From: a bacterium
Lineage (GTDB): Bacteria; Krumholzibacteriota; Krumholzibacteriia; LZORAL124-64-63
Length of the DNA stretch: 64,000 nucleotides
Assembly: GCA_031441465.1 (NCBI GenBank)
Contig: JANOEP010000016.1
Coordinates: 1 to 64,000, forward strand
Reading direction: 5' to 3'
Shown: piece after piece, positions 61,132 through 64,000 of the stretch
How the letters are laid out: each line of letters begins with the position of its first letter
Numbering within the stretch: the stretch's first letter is position 1
Notes under the pieces: model-generated
What the model saw: the letters and a program-made list of their open reading frames with translations, nothing else
What the model was told of the DNA's origin: nothing
Database searches by the model: none
Position numbers and translations under genes: made by a program

Positions 61132-61200
61132 GCGGTTGTCTCCCGGAACTGACGGCTCAGCAAGAGGATACAGGAAAATTCCGATTGTCACCATGGGGAC

Positions 61201-61238
61201 TTGACAGATCTAGATTGTATATGTATTGTACTGTACAA
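61201..61238 (+). promoter_or_regulatory. Sigma70 promoter with overlapping palindromic operator
   Basis: TTGACA (61201)-17bp-TATTGT (61224); TTGTAC-T-GTACAA at 61226-61238. Confidence 0.65.
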
Positions 61239-61293
61239 ATAAGATACACAGTGGCCATGATGGCTGCCAAACGACGAGCAAGGGAGAGTTACC

Positions 61294-61527
61294 ATGAAAT
61301 CCGTGGACATCATCGTCGCAGTTCTTCTGATCGTGGGGGGGCTGAACTGGGGGCTCTGGGGTCTGTTCGGTTTCGATCTGGTGGCGGCGCTGCTCGGCGG
61401 CAACACGGCCATCGTGGCCCGTGTCGTCTACACCTTGGTCGGCTTGGCCGCCGTCTGGCAGGCCATGAGCGTGCGGCGCATCCAGGCCCGCTGGGCGCTC
61501 GCACCTGCGGGCATCCGCAAGGTCTAG
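61294..61527 (+). CDS. DUF378-domain membrane protein
   Basis: LLIVGGLNWGLWGLFGFDLVA...RVVYTLVGLA. Confidence 0.92.
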   Translation: MKSVDIIVAVLLIVGGLNWGLWGLFGFDLVAALLGGNTAIVARVVYTLVGLAAVWQAMSVRRIQARWALAPAGIRKV

Positions 61528-61648
61528 CCGCTCCGAGTCCCGGGACGTCGCGGGGTCAGCCCCGCAACAACCGCGCACCGCACCGACGGTGGCCCCGCGG
61601 CGATCCCGGACTTCATTCCAACTGGTTGCAGCCGATACTCAATCGGCC

Positions 61649-63205
61649 ATGAGCACTCACCATCTCCATCTGCCCACGCCGGACAAGGCGCGTCTTGCGG
61701 CCGGACTAGCCCGGCTGGGTCGCCGCCGTAGCCGGCCCGTGGTGGGGCTCACCCTCGGCGTGTTCGACTTCTGCCACGAAGGCCACATCAGCCTGCTGAA
61801 ACGCGCGGCCGGGATGTGCGACCGCCTGGTGGTCGGCGTGCACACCGACGACGAGGTGCGCCGGTACAAGGGCGTCCAACCCGCCAACTCGGAACTCGAG
61901 CGGGCGGCCGCGGTCCGCGCCCTGGGGATCGCGCACACGGTGGTCGTCGGCAGCGACCGGGCCCGGATGTGCCGCGACTTCGGGGTGAAGCTCGTGTTCC
62001 ACGGCGACGACTGGGATCCCGCCGCCTACCGACGGCGCTGGGGCGAGGACCTCATCGCGCGGTTCGGCCTGGAACTCGTGCTGCTGCCGCACACTCCCGG
62101 GATCAACAGCACGCAGCTGCGGTCCGCGGTGCCCGACGTCGGCTGGTGGCTGTACAGCAGCCGGTCGGACTGGAGCCGGACCCACATCTTCGATCACCTG
62201 CGGGATCTCTACGCGCAGATCGGCGGGGTCTGGTTCGTGGGGGAGGAGGGGCGCGAACTGGTGCGGCGGCATTTTCCGGACGCGCCCTGCGCCCTGCTGC
62301 GCGAGGAACAGGAGGCGGCCGTCGCCGCGGCGTCGATCGCGCGCTACGAACTGGAGGTGATCGTCACCGCCCACTTCAACTTCGACGCCATGGTGCCGGT
62401 GCTGCGCGGTTCACCGCGGCCGATCGCGCTGGTCGCGTTGTCGCACGGGCGCAGCGGCAAGCCGGGCACGAGCGCCGACGCGGCTCGCCACCGCGCGGCG
62501 GCGATGGCGCCCCGTGGGACCGGGGTGGTCGCGGTCGGCAACCTAACCGTCCACGACTGGTCGTTCGCACCCGACGCCTACCTGCACTGCGACGGTTTCC
62601 TGCAGGGCGGCGGGTCGTTCACGAATCCGCCGCCGGCCGGTCGCCCGCGGATCCTGCTGTTGCCGACCTGGGGTCCCCGCGCCGAGAAGCGTGGCTTGCT
62701 GATGTCGCGGCGTTGGCAGGAGCCGCTGCGACAGCTGTCACGCGTCGCGGACTTGGTGCTCGCGCCCCACCCGCTGTCCTCGCCGCAGGACGTGCGGCGG
62801 TACGCGCAGGGGATCGGTGCTTCGGCGTTGCCGGCAGACGGCCGGTCCTTCGTCCACGTGGCCGAGGCGCACGCGGTGATCGGCGACCTTTCGGGCGTGT
62901 TCTGGGAAGCCCTGCTCTTCGACACCCCCGCGGTGCTGGTCCGCGGCGCCGCGGACGCGGCTTGGCCGCCGGAGCTGCCGCCGTCGCGGGACGAGACCCT
63001 GGCGATCGTGCCCGGAGCCGACCCGCGGGATCTGGCCGACACGGTGCTAGCTCTGCTCGGTGAACGCCGGCCGCGGCAACGCGCGCTGGCCGAAGCCCGG
63101 CTGGGCGTCATCGACGGAGCCGCCACCAGGCGCATCGCGCAGAGGATCCGGGACATGCAGAACCCGCCCGCCGGGGAGGGGAACCGGCCGCCGGATCCTG
63201 CGTAG
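61649..63205 (+). CDS. Fused TagD-like cytidylyltransferase / TagB-TagF-like glycerophosphotransferase
   Basis: GVFDFCHEGH, HGDDW, HTPGINST; C-terminal LLLPTWG, PHP, IGDLSGVFWEALLFDTP. Confidence 0.8.
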   Translation: MSTHHLHLPTPDKARLAAGLARLGRRRSRPVVGLTLGVFDFCHEGHISLLKRAAGMCDRLVVGVHTDDEVRRYKGVQPANSELERAAAVRALGIAHTVVVGSDRARMCRDFGVKLVFHGDDWDPAAYRRRWGEDLIARFGLELVLLPHTPGINSTQLRSAVPDVGWWLYSSRSDWSRTHIFDHLRDLYAQIGGVWFVGEEGRELVRRHFPDAPCALLREEQEAAVAAASIARYELEVIVTAHFNFDAMVPVLRGSPRPIALVALSHGRSGKPGTSADAARHRAAAMAPRGTGVVAVGNLTVHDWSFAPDAYLHCDGFLQGGGSFTNPPPAGRPRILLLPTWGPRAEKRGLLMSRRWQEPLRQLSRVADLVLAPHPLSSPQDVRRYAQGIGASALPADGRSFVHVAEAHAVIGDLSGVFWEALLFDTPAVLVRGAADAAWPPELPPSRDETLAIVPGADPRDLADTVLALLGERRPRQRALAEARLGVIDGAATRRIAQRIRDMQNPPAGEGNRPPDPA

Positions 63206-63295
63206 AACGGGACGAAGGTGTTGCGGCTGCGTCACTTTATTTACCGCAGGTAAAATTCCTGGCGCCCAACCCGAACCGGCTTAGCTTGAGGCCCC

Positions 63296-64000
63296 ATGCG
63301 CGACACCTTCAGAAAAGCGGACCTTCACGTCCATTCGTCCTTCTCGTTCGACGTGCCCGACCTCGGGGCGCTCCACCCGCGTGCGCTCTTCGAGGCGGCG
63401 CTGGGCCATCCCGATCCGGAGCGGCGGTTGGACTGGTTCACGCTGACCGACCACGACACGATGGCCGGCTGGGAAGCGCTGGTGCGCGAACTTCCCGAGG
63501 CCGACCGCGCCCTGGTGATCCCCGCCGTCGAGCACACGCTGCGCGACCCGACCCTCGGCTTCACGATCCACACCAACCTCTACGGTCTGGATCCCGACGC
63601 CTACGCGCGGTTGCGCGCCAAGGTGCGCACGCTGGATGAGCTGTGCGCGTACTGCGACGAGCGCGGCATCCACTACCAGTACAACCACCCGACTTGGTGG
63701 GAACGCGCCGAGCTGCGGCGCGGGCAGGTGGACTTCGCGCGCGTGCCGGAGATCGCCGCGCGCTTCCCGGTGCTCGAGCTGAACGCCGCGCGCACGCCGG
63801 CCCAGAACCTGATCACCGCCGGTCTGGCCGCCGAACACGGGCTGCCCCTGACCGCCTCGTCGGACACCCACACCGGCGCCGTCGGGCGCGGCTGGACCGC
63901 GGCCTCCGGGGGCACCGCGGCCGAGTTCCTCGGCGCGGTCTGGCGCGGCGAAGGGACGACGCACCTCGACCACCTGTCGCACGCGGCGCTGGTGGACGAG
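63296..64000 (+). CDS. PHP-domain metallophosphoesterase (partial, runs off window; absent from ORF track)
   Basis: MRDTFRKADLHVHS, TLTDHD, AVEH, IHTN, NHP, ELN, SSDTH. Confidence 0.88.
   Translation, partial: MRDTFRKADLHVHSSFSFDVPDLGALHPRALFEAALGHPDPERRLDWFTLTDHDTMAGWEALVRELPEADRALVIPAVEHTLRDPTLGFTIHTNLYGLDPDAYARLRAKVRTLDELCAYCDERGIHYQYNHPTWWERAELRRGQVDFARVPEIAARFPVLELNAARTPAQNLITAGLAAEHGLPLTASSDTHTGAVGRGWTAASGGTAAEFLGAVWRGEGTTHLDHLSHAALVDE

Overview
GC-rich bacterial DNA. Secreted proteins with FlgD-Ig/PNPFNP or WGxVKxLF C-termini suggest an FCB-group lineage such as Krumholzibacteriota or Latescibacterota (inference). About 1-16.4 kb is a mosaic metal-resistance island: IS66 ends, a CzcCBA-type RND operon, an rve integrase element plus a truncated relative, Fic, CopA/YHS, and AAA-DUF4143. 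16.8-26.3 kb is an operon of DRTGG proteins, an anti-sigma-type kinase and a degenerate [FeFe]-hydrogenase-like protein, followed by NuoE-like, NuoF-like and GltD/FdhF-fusion subunits (probable NfnABC/Bfu-type bifurcating transhydrogenase). An ORF-less class IIC group II intron (28729-29360) sits in a terminator. Further on are perR-catalase-DPSL, large secreted beta-propeller proteins, and a LysR-controlled operon (beta-decarboxylating dehydrogenase, HMG-CoA-lyase-like, CoA transferase, LeuCD-like). There is also a candidate selenoprotein missed by the ORF track (DUF6132-like, in-frame UGA at 54346-54348 with a downstream hairpin), peptidases, pyk, SRAP, a TagD/TagF-like fusion and a partial PHP gene. 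No rRNA, tRNA or CRISPR array was seen. Family assignments come from recognised motifs, not database searches.
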